Source: an uncultured Veillonellaceae bacterium (lineage in GTDB: Bacteria; Bacillota; Negativicutes; JARBTT01). Taken from it: a stretch of 64,000 nt of DNA. Below the pieces are notes generated by a model, which was not told the origin of the DNA, searched no databases, and saw nothing but the letters and a program-made list of their open reading frames with translations. The stretch is taken from NCBI GenBank assembly GCA_963805085.1, contig CAWDTA010000002.1, forward strand, positions 1,696,001-1,760,000. The letters run 5' to 3'. Positions 1 to 10,072 of this stretch are shown here, one piece after another. Every line of letters begins with the position of its first letter. Position 1 is the stretch's first letter. The translations under genes and the position numbers were made by a program.

Positions 1-2
1 CA

Positions 3-47
3 GTACTAGCGACATTGGATTCGTTGATGGGGGAAGTGGACTGCTAA
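3..47 (+). CDS. nuoD: NADH-quinone oxidoreductase subunit D, C-terminal fragment (runs off window)
   Basis: Frame reads VLATLDSLMGEVDC*, resembling the NuoD C-terminal D..xGEVDR motif; directly upstream of nuoH. Confidence 0.7.
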   Translation, partial: VLATLDSLMGEVDC

Positions 48-72
48 ACTTTACAAAGAGGAGTCATAAATT

Positions 73-1113
73 ATGCAAGAGATAATGAGCTTATTTCAAA
101 TTGCAAAAATGCTAAGAGAACTATTAGGGCGTTTTTTACCTGACCAGCAGTTCGTAGATCTCTGCATGAGCCTAATCAATATTGGGGCTATTTTTACGAT
201 TATTTCCTTGTCGGCAGTTGTGTTGGTTTACGCTGAGCGAAAGGTAAGTGCCTTCATGCAGAGACGGTCAGGGCCTAATCGCGTTGGTCCTAGGGGAACT
301 TTACAATCTGTCGCTGATATGATTAAACTCATGGCGAAAGAGGATATTATGCCAACTGGTGCTGACAAATGGATGTGGATGTTAGCTCCGATGCTGTTAT
401 TTATCCCTGCGGCTGCAGGTTTTGTCGTGTTTCCTTTTGACAATAAGGCTATTTTTGCGGATCTAAATATTGGTATTTTTTATTTTATCGCGATATCCGC
501 ACAGTCAGTTTTACCTTTTTTGATGGCGGGCTGGGCCTCGAATAATAAATATTCCTTGGTAGGTGGTATGCGTACGGTTGCGCAAATGCTTAGTTATGAG
601 GTTCCGATGGTGCTTTCAATTTTAGGAATTGTGATGTTGGTAGGTTCAATGCGGATGAGTACAATCGTAGCAGCGCAAGAACAGGTTTGGTTTATCTTTT
701 TACAACCAATTGCCTTTGTGGTTTATGTGATTACGGCAACAGCAGAAATTAATCGGGCACCGTTTGACTTAGTCGAAGGCGAGTCAGAATTGGTTGCTGG
801 GCCGTTTACCGAATATACTGGCATGCGTTGGGCGTTGTTCTTTTTAGCTGAATATGCGAATTTGTTGGCTGTTTCAGCGATTGCAACAACGTTATTTTTG
901 GGTGGCTGGAACGGGCCTTGGTTTCCTGGCTGGGTATGGTTCTTTCTTAAAGTTGGCGGAATGATTTTTCTATTTATGTGGTTCCGCTGGACTTTTCCTC
1001 GGCTGCGCATTGATCAGCTTATGGCTTTTGGCTGGAAAATGTTACTACCTTTGGCGTTGGTTAATATCATTGTTACTGGGATTGGCATGTATATTTACGA
1101 GTTTTTCAGTTAG
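73..1113 (+). CDS. nuoH: NADH-quinone oxidoreductase subunit H
   Basis: ERKV..MQRRSGPNRVGP, AEINRAPFDLVEGESELVAG, RWTFPRLRIDQL motifs. Confidence 0.97.
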   Translation: MQEIMSLFQIAKMLRELLGRFLPDQQFVDLCMSLINIGAIFTIISLSAVVLVYAERKVSAFMQRRSGPNRVGPRGTLQSVADMIKLMAKEDIMPTGADKWMWMLAPMLLFIPAAAGFVVFPFDNKAIFADLNIGIFYFIAISAQSVLPFLMAGWASNNKYSLVGGMRTVAQMLSYEVPMVLSILGIVMLVGSMRMSTIVAAQEQVWFIFLQPIAFVVYVITATAEINRAPFDLVEGESELVAGPFTEYTGMRWALFFLAEYANLLAVSAIATTLFLGGWNGPWFPGWVWFFLKVGGMIFLFMWFRWTFPRLRIDQLMAFGWKMLLPLALVNIIVTGIGMYIYEFFS

Positions 1114-1125
1114 GAGGGACAAGTT

Positions 1126-1563
1126 ATGCTTGGAAAAGGATTATTAGAGGGTATGCGCGTAACCTTAAAGAGCTTTTTTAACAAAAAGGAAACGTTACAG
1201 TATCCAGAAATAAAGCTAGCCATGCCCGAGCGGTTTCGTGGCGGTGAACTGGAGTTAGACACTAAAAAATGTATCGCGTGCGGACTGTGCTCAATGGCCT
1301 GTCCGAATCATGTAATTGAAATGACTACAGGCATGAACGAAGCGAAAAAACGGTACTTAAAATCCTATGTATATCATTCAGGATTGTGCCTGTATTGTAA
1401 TTTTTGTGTTGAAGCATGTCCGACAAATGCGATTTGCTGGGATAAGAATTATGAAAATTCTCGGTATTTCAGAGATGAGTTGGATGTTGATTGTTTAGCG
1501 CTTGCAGAGAAAAAGTCGGATGCTGGGCAAACGGATACCCTTAAGGGGAGGGAAGATGAATGA
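1126..1563 (+). CDS. nuoI: NADH-quinone oxidoreductase subunit I
   Basis: QYPE..RFRG plus two CxxCxxCxxxCP ferredoxin motifs. Confidence 0.95.
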   Translation: MLGKGLLEGMRVTLKSFFNKKETLQYPEIKLAMPERFRGGELELDTKKCIACGLCSMACPNHVIEMTTGMNEAKKRYLKSYVYHSGLCLYCNFCVEACPTNAICWDKNYENSRYFRDELDVDCLALAEKKSDAGQTDTLKGREDE

Positions 1564-2069
1564 ATGAGCTGATCTACACTGTTGCCTTTTTTATCTTTGC
1601 TGCGATTACGGTAGCCGCCGCCGTTGGCGTTGTGACAAAAAGCAATCTTGTGCATAGCGCATTACTGTTGGCTTTGTGTTTTATCGGCGTAAGCGGCTTG
1701 TATGTGCTTTTGCAGGCGGACTTTTTGGCAGCGGTTCAGATTTTAATCTATAATGGGGCAATTGCTATTGTTTTTGTTCTCGGGACTATGCTTACAAGGC
1801 GTAGTACTCGACATGGAACTAATGATACGGAAGTAAATATTCCGTCTCGGTTAGTTGCAATGGTAAGCGGATTGTTCGTCATTATTACCTTGGGCGTTAT
1901 CGCGACTACACCATGGCAGTATTCCAGCGTCGAGGCTGTCCAAGATACTCCATCACTTCTTGCGCAGTTTATACTAACCGATTATATGGTGGTAATGGAA
2001 GTATCGGCAGTGCTCTTACTGGCTGCAATGATTGGTGCAATTGTTTTGGCAAAGGGAGTGGAAGAATGA
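1560..2069 (+). CDS. nuoJ: NADH-quinone oxidoreductase subunit J
   Basis: [18 protein letters not shown] motif, operon position. Confidence 0.95.
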   Translation: MNELIYTVAFFIFAAITVAAAVGVVTKSNLVHSALLLALCFIGVSGLYVLLQADFLAAVQILIYNGAIAIVFVLGTMLTRRSTRHGTNDTEVNIPSRLVAMVSGLFVIITLGVIATTPWQYSSVEAVQDTPSLLAQFILTDYMVVMEVSAVLLLAAMIGAIVLAKGVEE

Positions 2070-2374
2070 TTGGATTGGTTCATTTTTTAATAGTTGCGGC
2101 TATGGTATTTGCGATTGGCTTGTATGGGGTACTGACCAAGCGCACGATTATTGGTATTCTGATGAGTATTGAGCTGATGCTCAATGCTGTGAATATAAAT
2201 TTAATTGCCTTTTCAAGGTTTATCACACCGGAGGCTTTAACTGGACAAATATTTGCTATCTTTACAATTACGGTAGCGGCTGCCGAGGTGGCGGTCGGAC
2301 TAGCGATGGTCTTTCGAGTATATTATGATCGTAATACAGTGCATGCTGCGAGACTTGATGAGATGCGCTGGTAA
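2066..2374 (+). CDS. nuoK: NADH-quinone oxidoreductase subunit K (start at ATG 2066, not 1913)
   Basis: [12 protein letters not shown] and [10 protein letters not shown] motifs; ATGA overlap with nuoJ stop. Confidence 0.95.
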   Translation: MIGLVHFLIVAAMVFAIGLYGVLTKRTIIGILMSIELMLNAVNINLIAFSRFITPEALTGQIFAIFTITVAAAEVAVGLAMVFRVYYDRNTVHAARLDEMRW

Positions 2375-2394
2375 GATTGCATTAGGGAGAGTAG

Positions 2395-4308
2395 GTGAGA
2401 ATTTTGTTTAGCCAATATGCACTATATCATGCTTGGCTGATTCCGTTGTTACCGGCAGTGGCATTTATCCTAGTGGGATTTTTTCTACGCCGTCTTCCGA
2501 CAGTAGCGGGAGCAGTATCTATTTGCATGAGCTTGCTCAGTTTTACTTTGAGTTTAGGGGTGGGGTATGGCGTTATCGCTGAGAGTATCACAGTGGATAC
2601 TCCATTGATTCAGAAAATTCCTTGGGTTGCGATAGCAGGGCTTCATATTGATATGGGGGTATATATTGATCCGATAGCAGCAATGATGCTATTCATCGTT
2701 ACATTGGTAGCTTTGATGGTGCAGATCTATTCTATTGGATATATGCGTGGGGATACTGGCTTTGGACGCTTTTTTGCATATTTATCATTGTTTGCGGCGG
2801 CTATGCTGGGGTTAGTTATTGCGGTTAACTTTGTACAGTTGTTTGTTTTTTGGGAGTTAGTTGGTTTGTGTTCCTATCTTTTAATCGGCTACTATTTCCA
2901 TAAAATTTCTGCGCGGGAAGCCGCTAAGAAAGCCTTTATTACTACACGCATTGGTGATTTCGGACTATTGGTCGGAATACTGTTTTTGCAGATTATATTT
3001 GGTACGCTAGATTTTCAGCAACTAGCAGCAAATGTGCCTGCCTATGCTATGCAGCATGGTACAGCTCTGCTAACTATGGTAGCACTCTTCATATTTCTTG
3101 GTCCTATCGGTAAATCTGGACAGTTTCCACTGCATGTGTGGCTGCCTGATGCGATGGAGGGGCCGACACCAGTATCAGCACTGATTCATGCTGCTACCAT
3201 GGTAGTAGCTGGGGTGTACTTGGTAGCTAGAGCTTTCTTCTTATTCAGTGTTTTGCCAGATGCAATGGTAGTAATAGCCTGGGTTGGCGCGTTTACAGCT
3301 TGCTTTGCGGCAAGTATCGCCTTTACCCAGCGAGATATGAAACGCATTTTAGCGTATTCCACTGTCAGTCAGTTAGGATATATGATGTTGGCACTTGGCG
3401 TAGGCAGTGTTACGGCGTCAATGTTTCATCTGATGACACATGCTTTTTTCAAAGCTTTGATGTTTTTGGCAGCTGGCGCTGTTTTGCACGCTTTGCCAGA
3501 TAAGAATGATATTTTTGCAATGGGCGGCTTGCGTCATAAAATGCCAGTTACGTTTGCTGCGATGACGATTGGGGTACTCGCTATATCGGGTATTTGGCCA
3601 TTTGCTGGATTCTTTTCCAAGGATGAAATTCTGCTGGCGGTTTCTCAGGTGAGTATGCCATTATACATCATCGCTGTAGTGACTTCGTTTATGACGGCGT
3701 TTTATATGGCAAGACTCTTGATTGTCGTCTTTTGTGGATCAGAAAAACCAGATAATCATCCGCATGAAGCACCAACGTCTATGCAAATACCATTGGTAGT
3801 GCTTGGCATTCTTGCTGTTATTGGTGGGTATATACCCTATGCTAACCATTTTGGCGAGTGGGTTCGTTTTGGGCCGACATCGCATGAGGGCTTAAATTTC
3901 AGTGTCGCGGCAACATCAACAATTTTGTCGGTACTGGCAATTTGTTTGGCTTGGTTTATATACAGTTCAGGCAAGGTTCCAGCGGATAAACTATCTAGGC
4001 GTTTCAGCGTTTTATATAAGCTAAGTTTCCATAAATATTATATCGATGAGTTATACTTGTGGTTTAATCACACCTTTGTTGATGGAATAGGAAAGCTTCT
4101 GTATTGGCTGGAGCTTAACTTTATTGAAGGCATTATAAAAGAGGTAGCAAATTTACCGATTCAACTTGGCAATGCAGTGCGCAAAAGTCAGAGTGGTAAC
4201 TTGCAACGGTATGGTTTGGTAATGTTTGGCGCAATGCTCATCGTTGTAGCATGGTTAGTGCTACTCAATCCGTTATTTAAAGGTATCTTAGCGGGAGGTG
4301 CTTACTAA
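2395..4308 (+). CDS. nuoL: NADH-quinone oxidoreductase subunit L
   Basis: GKSGQFPLHVWLPDAMEGPTPVSALIHAATMV; HAFFKALMFL. Confidence 0.97.
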   Translation: MRILFSQYALYHAWLIPLLPAVAFILVGFFLRRLPTVAGAVSICMSLLSFTLSLGVGYGVIAESITVDTPLIQKIPWVAIAGLHIDMGVYIDPIAAMMLFIVTLVALMVQIYSIGYMRGDTGFGRFFAYLSLFAAAMLGLVIAVNFVQLFVFWELVGLCSYLLIGYYFHKISAREAAKKAFITTRIGDFGLLVGILFLQIIFGTLDFQQLAANVPAYAMQHGTALLTMVALFIFLGPIGKSGQFPLHVWLPDAMEGPTPVSALIHAATMVVAGVYLVARAFFLFSVLPDAMVVIAWVGAFTACFAASIAFTQRDMKRILAYSTVSQLGYMMLALGVGSVTASMFHLMTHAFFKALMFLAAGAVLHALPDKNDIFAMGGLRHKMPVTFAAMTIGVLAISGIWPFAGFFSKDEILLAVSQVSMPLYIIAVVTSFMTAFYMARLLIVVFCGSEKPDNHPHEAPTSMQIPLVVLGILAVIGGYIPYANHFGEWVRFGPTSHEGLNFSVAATSTILSVLAICLAWFIYSSGKVPADKLSRRFSVLYKLSFHKYYIDELYLWFNHTFVDGIGKLLYWLELNFIEGIIKEVANLPIQLGNAVRKSQSGNLQRYGLVMFGAMLIVVAWLVLLNPLFKGILAGGAY

Positions 4309-4309
4309 A

Positions 4310-5842
4310 ATGGTCCATTTTCCATTACTAACGACAATTTTATTAACGCCTATCTGGGGGATACTGGTACTAGCTATTATGCCGCGTGAAGCTGACAGAA
4401 CGATAAAGATGATAGCAGCGGTAACGATGGCAATAGCGCTCGGCTTAACCTTGTATGCTTACTGGGTTTACGATGTTAGCTTGGGCGGGATGCAATATAT
4501 AGAGAATGTTCCTTGGATTGCTGAGTTAGGCGTATCTTACGCATTAGGTGTGGATGGGATTTCCTTACCGCTATTGCTCTTGACTACGTTAATTGGCTTT
4601 TCGACTGTCTTTGTTTCTTGGAATGTTGATAAACGTTCTAAAGAATTCTTTATTCAATTGCTGCTCTTGGTAGCTGGAGCAATCGGAACGTTTGTGTCGC
4701 AGGATTTGTTCATATTCTTATTGTTTTACGAGTTGGGGATCATTCCGACTTATATTATGGTGGCTGTTTGGGGATCGGCAGAACGCGTGAGTAAAGAATA
4801 TGCAGCGATGAAGATGACGATTTACTTATTGTTAGGCTCAGCCTTCATGCTTGCTGGTGTTATCGCGTTATATGTGAATGCTTTTCCAGCAGGGATGCGA
4901 ACCTTTGGCATGCAAGCTTTAGCGCAGGCACATACGATGGGGAATTTATCAGAAACTGTGCAAGTGGTCGTGTTTTTCTTATTACTGCTTGGCTTTGGTT
5001 CTACCTTATCCATGTGGCCGTTTTATAGCTGGGCACCGGATGGTTATGCGGCAGCGCCAACGGGGGTATCGATGCTTCATGCTGGCGTGTTAAAGAAAAT
5101 TGGTGGCTATGGCTTGATTCGAATAGGGCTGCTCATTTTACCGCTCGGGGTTAAATTTTGGGCGCCGTTTATTGCCTTTGTTGCGGTGGTTAATGTTTTA
5201 TATGCCGCATTTGTTGCCTTAGCGCAAAAAGATTTAAAATATATCGTCGGGTATTCTTCAATATCTCATATGGGGTATATACTGATTGGTTTTGCGGCAC
5301 TAAATGTGATCAGTATTGATGGCGCGATTGCCAATATGTTCGCACATGGGATCATGAGTGCCTTGTTCTTTGCGATGATTGGTCTAGTTTATGACAAAAC
5401 AAATACGCGGCAGGTTCCCGAGCTTGGCGGGTTAGCGCACCAAATGCCGCGTGTAGCTACCGGGTTTATGTTAGCTGGAATGAGTTCACTCGGACTTCCG
5501 GGATTAGCCGGATTCGTTCCCGAGTTTACGACCTTTGTGGGGGCGTTTAAAGTATATCCGTTATATACTCTGCTAGCGATTTCCGGTATTATTTTCACTG
5601 CTCTTTATATATTACGCGCGTTGGCAAATATCCTATTCGGTCCAAGGCGTGATGAATTTGATGCTTGTCGCGATGCCTCTGGCGTTGAATTGGTATCGCT
5701 TGTATTATTGGGCGCTGTTTTAATCGTAGTCGGCATTTTTCCACAAGTATTAATGGGTATGGTTAACAGTGGCATGGAGCCGGTAATGGCGATCTTGGTT
5801 AATCTACACACTACGACGGCCTTACTGGGAGGTGCTTTTTGA
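4310..5842 (+). CDS. nuoM: NADH-quinone oxidoreductase subunit M
   Basis: GVDGISLPL, WAPDGYAAAPT, AYSS-like GYSSISHMG, GLPGLAGFVPEF; probable ATG at 4310. Confidence 0.95.
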   Translation: MVHFPLLTTILLTPIWGILVLAIMPREADRTIKMIAAVTMAIALGLTLYAYWVYDVSLGGMQYIENVPWIAELGVSYALGVDGISLPLLLLTTLIGFSTVFVSWNVDKRSKEFFIQLLLLVAGAIGTFVSQDLFIFLLFYELGIIPTYIMVAVWGSAERVSKEYAAMKMTIYLLLGSAFMLAGVIALYVNAFPAGMRTFGMQALAQAHTMGNLSETVQVVVFFLLLLGFGSTLSMWPFYSWAPDGYAAAPTGVSMLHAGVLKKIGGYGLIRIGLLILPLGVKFWAPFIAFVAVVNVLYAAFVALAQKDLKYIVGYSSISHMGYILIGFAALNVISIDGAIANMFAHGIMSALFFAMIGLVYDKTNTRQVPELGGLAHQMPRVATGFMLAGMSSLGLPGLAGFVPEFTTFVGAFKVYPLYTLLAISGIIFTALYILRALANILFGPRRDEFDACRDASGVELVSLVLLGAVLIVVGIFPQVLMGMVNSGMEPVMAILVNLHTTTALLGGAF

Positions 5843-7257
5843 TGAATATTGCACTGCTCACGAGTGAGATAGCAGTTGTAATTCTCGCTTTGCTTATCAT
5901 CGTCTTTGACTTATTGATGCCACGTCAAGAAACGCGTCGTAGTCTAGGGTATTTTGCAGTTTGCGGTTTATTGGGGATTCTAGTTTATACCGCTAACCAT
6001 TATGGAGTTTCAGCTACGGTATATCACGGTTTTTTTATTGTCGATAACTTTGCTTTATTTTTCAAACAGTTATTCATGGTGGCGACTATATTAACACTGC
6101 TCTTCTCTTTTGATTATGTAGAAAGAATGACCCGCAGTGTTGGGGAGTTTTATGCATTATTATTGCTGGGCTTAGTGGGGATGATGGTCATGGCATCCGC
6201 AAATGATTTATTAACAGTGTTTATTGGGCTGGAACTGATGACCATAGTCTTTTATATTCTCGTTGGCTTTGATTTAGAAAGTGTTAAGTCAAGTGAAGCA
6301 GGGATAAAGTATGCAATTCTCGGTTCGGCATCGAGTGCTGTGTTGCTGTATGGGATGAGCTGGGTATATGGTTTTACCGGCAATATTATACTGAGCCAGA
6401 TCGCTGCACATCTTACTGCCAGTCCAGCTATACTGCTGGGAATGGGGCTGATGATTGCCGGTTTCTGTTTTAAATTGTCCATTGTTCCCTTTCATATGTG
6501 GGCTCCTGATGTTTATGAAGGTGCGCCTATCCCGATTACGGCTATGCTGGCGATGGCATCAAAAGCGGCAGGTTTTGTGGTAGTACTTAGGGTGTTCTTG
6601 GTAGCATTTGCAGGCTTGTCAGCGTATTGGCTGCCGATTATTAGTCTTTTGGCTGGTACCAGTATGATTGTCGGTATTGTAGCTGCGATATGGCAGACCA
6701 ATATGAAGCGCATGTTGGCCTATTCCTCGATAGCGCAAGCTGGCTATATTTTATCAGGGCTATTGGCTGCGGATGTAGCGGGAGTCAAGGGGATGTTGGT
6801 GTATGCTGTGCTGTATATGGTGGCCAATGTTGGTGCTTTTGCTGTAACCATTGCCGTTCATAACCAGTGTGGATCAGATGATATTGACGATCTTTCTGGA
6901 TTAGCCCAAAGGTCACCGCTCTTAGCAGTGGTTATGACGGTATCGTTGTTATCAATGGCAGGACTTCCGCCGATGGCAGGCTTTGTTGGTAAGATGTATA
7001 TATTTATGGCGATTACAGACAAAGGTTATTTTTGGCTTGCGATACTAGGACTTGTCATGTCAATGGTTTCGGTATATTATTACATGCTTGTGGTCAGAGC
7101 TATGTATAGTAAGGACGCAAAGGATCAGCAGGCATTTACTGCGAGTGGGTCACTGCGGATTGTGGCGCTGATTAGTTTGATTGCAACCTTGTTTATCGGT
7201 ATATACCCAGCGCCACTGGCTGCACTAGCAAAAGCTGCTGCTCAGTCGTTGTGGTAA
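5839..7257 (+). CDS. nuoN: NADH-quinone oxidoreductase subunit N
   Basis: FKLSIVPFHMWAPDVYEGAP; KRMLAYSSIAQAGY. Confidence 0.96.
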   Translation: MMNIALLTSEIAVVILALLIIVFDLLMPRQETRRSLGYFAVCGLLGILVYTANHYGVSATVYHGFFIVDNFALFFKQLFMVATILTLLFSFDYVERMTRSVGEFYALLLLGLVGMMVMASANDLLTVFIGLELMTIVFYILVGFDLESVKSSEAGIKYAILGSASSAVLLYGMSWVYGFTGNIILSQIAAHLTASPAILLGMGLMIAGFCFKLSIVPFHMWAPDVYEGAPIPITAMLAMASKAAGFVVVLRVFLVAFAGLSAYWLPIISLLAGTSMIVGIVAAIWQTNMKRMLAYSSIAQAGYILSGLLAADVAGVKGMLVYAVLYMVANVGAFAVTIAVHNQCGSDDIDDLSGLAQRSPLLAVVMTVSLLSMAGLPPMAGFVGKMYIFMAITDKGYFWLAILGLVMSMVSVYYYMLVVRAMYSKDAKDQQAFTASGSLRIVALISLIATLFIGIYPAPLAALAKAAAQSLW

Positions 7258-7308
7258 AATAAAAGGACGTTTCGTGAAGAACTGTATCATTTCTAACGGC
7301 TAAAATTG

Positions 7309-7356
7309 AAGAGTCATAAATATCTCGAAACTACGAGGTTATTTATGGCTCTTTAT
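7309..7356 (+). terminator. Probable intrinsic terminator after nuo operon
   Basis: AAGAGTCATAAAT...ATTTATGGCTCTT inverted repeat followed by T-rich tract. Confidence 0.55.
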
Positions 7357-7653
7357 TACGATTTATTTAGTTTATGTTTGTATCTCTTAATTTTCTCATA
7401 CAGATATTTAATCTGTGAGATTTTTTAGATCTTCACTGAAAGCTGTAAGTAATGGCATCCTCTCTGGTTGCCCAAGAGGTTACAAGGCGGATCGAAGAGT
7501 TATAATCGTCAAATTTTGACCAGATGTTGAAGGAATACTTTTTCGCAAGCTTGTCAATGATCTGTTTTGGTAAAATAGGGAAGTGTGGATTTGTCATGAT
7601 GAGATAACTATGATAGTATATTTAAATTAACAATAATGAATGGAGAACGATAC

Positions 7654-7995
7654 ATGAGTGATATGCCAAATTGCCCTAAATGTAATTCTGAGTATACTTA
7701 CGAGGATAGAAACCTTTTTGTTTGCCCAGAGTGTGCACATGAGTGGAGTGCGAATGAAGCAGGTGGACAAGTTGACGAAAATGTTGTAAAAGATGCGAAT
7801 GGCAATGTTTTACAAGCTGGTGATGCTGTTATCATCGTTAAAGATCTTAAAGTTAAAGGTGCGTCTTCATCATTAAAAGCCGGTACGAAAGTGAAGAAAA
7901 TCCGCTTAGTATCAGAAGGTGATCACAATATCGATTGTCAAATCGAAGGTTTTGGTGCGATGCAGTTAAAATCTGAATTTGTGAAAAAGGCGTAA
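7654..7995 (+). CDS. PhnA/YjdM family zinc-ribbon protein
   Basis: [20 protein letters not shown]; [10 protein letters not shown]; KLKSEFVKK-type end. Confidence 0.92.
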   Translation: MSDMPNCPKCNSEYTYEDRNLFVCPECAHEWSANEAGGQVDENVVKDANGNVLQAGDAVIIVKDLKVKGASSSLKAGTKVKKIRLVSEGDHNIDCQIEGFGAMQLKSEFVKKA

Positions 7996-8227
7996 TAACA
8001 AAATAATTAAACAAAGTCGGGACAGCGTTGTTGCTTCTAGGCAATTAATCTCTGTCCTTTTTTATAAATAATTCTCTGAAAAATGAGCGTGATATTATCA
8101 ATATATCATCAGGATTATTTATTGAGTAATGATTTGTGATGCACGATAAAATTGCTTTATTAGCAGTGGATATACGGGTGGATGGTAGGAAGCAACAAAT
8201 AGATAGTATGATTGGAGGAGTTATATA

Positions 8228-8593
8228 ATGGAAAAATTAAAAGCATTATTTCATGTTGATGAACGAATGAAATGGCGGCTAACTTTAGCAAATACGAAAA
8301 ACTTTATCCAAGATGTTGGTGTGGAACATGTTATTGTAGAGATTGTGGCAAATGCTGCCGCAGTTCAACTCTTTGATTCAAATGAAGAAGATATCGACAA
8401 AGACAGCCACGAACTACTTCAACAAATGAAAGAACTGTCAAATCAGAATGTGATGATAATTGCCTGTAGGAATGCTTTAAAAGCAAATTCTATTCATGAG
8501 GAATTATTGCCGGATTTTATAACAGTCGTTCCTGCGGGAATAACAAGAATTATTAGCAGACAAACGGAAGGTTATTCCTATGTGAAACCATGA
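8228..8593 (+). CDS. DsrE-family protein
   Basis: N..N..VEIVAN, ACRNAL, VVPAG...QTEGYSYVKP. Confidence 0.85.
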   Translation: MEKLKALFHVDERMKWRLTLANTKNFIQDVGVEHVIVEIVANAAAVQLFDSNEEDIDKDSHELLQQMKELSNQNVMIIACRNALKANSIHEELLPDFITVVPAGITRIISRQTEGYSYVKP

Positions 8594-8779
8594 TGTTACA
8601 GTCGTAAGAAGTTTCATTTTTGACTTGGGGGGAGAACTGTATTCAAAGACTTTTGCTGGAATTTTTGTATGATTAATAAAACTTGCTAATATGGGATTTT
8701 TACAATAAAATATATCACAATAAGAAAATAAAAAAGGCGATATATTTATAGGGAAAAATGTAAGTAATTTAATAGGAGG

Positions 8780-9952
8780 ATGTACATAGTGAAGGTAGTA
8801 TCTAAAAAATATTGCTTATTATTTGTTTTTATTTTGATGACTGGTTTACTTTCTGGTTGTGGCGATAGTGCAAGCAACGAAGTTAAAATCGGTATGGTAT
8901 ACGAATTAACTGGAAATACCGCGTCGTATGGTACTTCGGCTGCTGATGGGGCCAAATTAGCATTTAAAGAAATCAATGCGAATGGCGGTGTTTTGGGGAA
9001 ACAAATTAAAATAGTTATCGCTGATAACAAAGGTGAACCTTCCGAGTCAGCCAATGCGATGACGAAAGTTATTACGCAGGATAAAGTAGTCGCCGTCACT
9101 GGATTTACGGTTAGTTCCTGCGGAATTGCTGGTTCAGCAGTTGCTGAAGATACCAAGACTCCTCTTGTAGCTGCTGCTACCGTAAATCCGAGAGTAACGG
9201 TTGATGAAAAAACTGGTAAAGTAAAAGAGTATACATTCCGTGCCTGTTTTATCGACTCTTTCCAAGGTACAGTAAGTGCTAATTTTGCATTAAATAGCTT
9301 AAAAACATCAAAGAGTGCAATTCTGATTGATAACTCCAGCGACTATAGTAAAGGCTTAGGGCAAGTATTTAAAGACGTATTTACCAAAGGTGGAGGCCAA
9401 GTCCTTGCTGAAGAGGCATACCTCCAAAAAGATCAGGACTTTAAATCTATTTTGACTAAAATTAAGGCGCAGAATCCAGATATAATATATCTTCCCGGAT
9501 ATTATGAAGATGTAGGTAAGATTGTAAAACAGGCTCGTGAGCTAGGCATTATGATACCTATTCTTGGTGGTGATGCTTGGGATTCACCTAAACTGGTCGA
9601 AATTGGTAGTCCGGATGTGTTAAATAATACGTATTTCACTAATTTTTATTCCGTGCAAGATACCAGTCCGGCATCACAAACCTTTGTTGAATCATACCAG
9701 AAAGAATATGGCCAATTGCCAGATTCTATGGCAGCTATGGGATATGACGCTGCTTATTTACTGGTTGATGCGATTAAGCGGGCCAATAGTGTAGATCCGA
9801 CTAAAATACGTGAGGCATTATCGGCAACTAAAGATTTTAAAAGTGTAAGCGGAACTATGGATTTGAGTCCTACGCATGATGCCATTCGTGGTGTCGTCAT
9901 TATCGAAATGAAAGATGGCAAGCAAGTTTACAAAGAAACTGTAAAACCATAG
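8780..9952 (+). CDS. Branched-chain amino acid ABC transporter substrate-binding lipoprotein (LivJ/LivK-like)
   Basis: Lipobox LLSGC; ELTG..A.YG, INANGGVLGKQI, GYDAA motifs. Confidence 0.9.
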   Translation: MYIVKVVSKKYCLLFVFILMTGLLSGCGDSASNEVKIGMVYELTGNTASYGTSAADGAKLAFKEINANGGVLGKQIKIVIADNKGEPSESANAMTKVITQDKVVAVTGFTVSSCGIAGSAVAEDTKTPLVAAATVNPRVTVDEKTGKVKEYTFRACFIDSFQGTVSANFALNSLKTSKSAILIDNSSDYSKGLGQVFKDVFTKGGGQVLAEEAYLQKDQDFKSILTKIKAQNPDIIYLPGYYEDVGKIVKQARELGIMIPILGGDAWDSPKLVEIGSPDVLNNTYFTNFYSVQDTSPASQTFVESYQKEYGQLPDSMAAMGYDAAYLLVDAIKRANSVDPTKIREALSATKDFKSVSGTMDLSPTHDAIRGVVIIEMKDGKQVYKETVKP

Positions 9953-9966
9953 AGTATAGGTAGTAT

Positions 9967-10011
9967 AAAAAAATCCTGCAAAGGTCTTCTGAGACTTTTG
10001 CAGGATTTTTT
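9967..10011. terminator. Bidirectional intrinsic terminator
   Basis: AAAAAATCCTGCAAA...TTTGCAGGATTTTTT between convergent genes. Confidence 0.85.
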
Positions 10012-10072
10012 GTATTCTATACGTTGATCTAAAGTAACGGTGAAAAAATACAATCTAGCATTTAAAACAATT

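Noticed and set aside
1913-2065. 5' extension of the 153-aa ORF
   Set aside because: Overlaps nuoJ; NuoK homology starts at ATG 2066
7430-7510. Possible structured RNA upstream of the PhnA-like gene
   Set aside because: Only a short CCTCT/AGAGG stem; no recognisable riboswitch consensus
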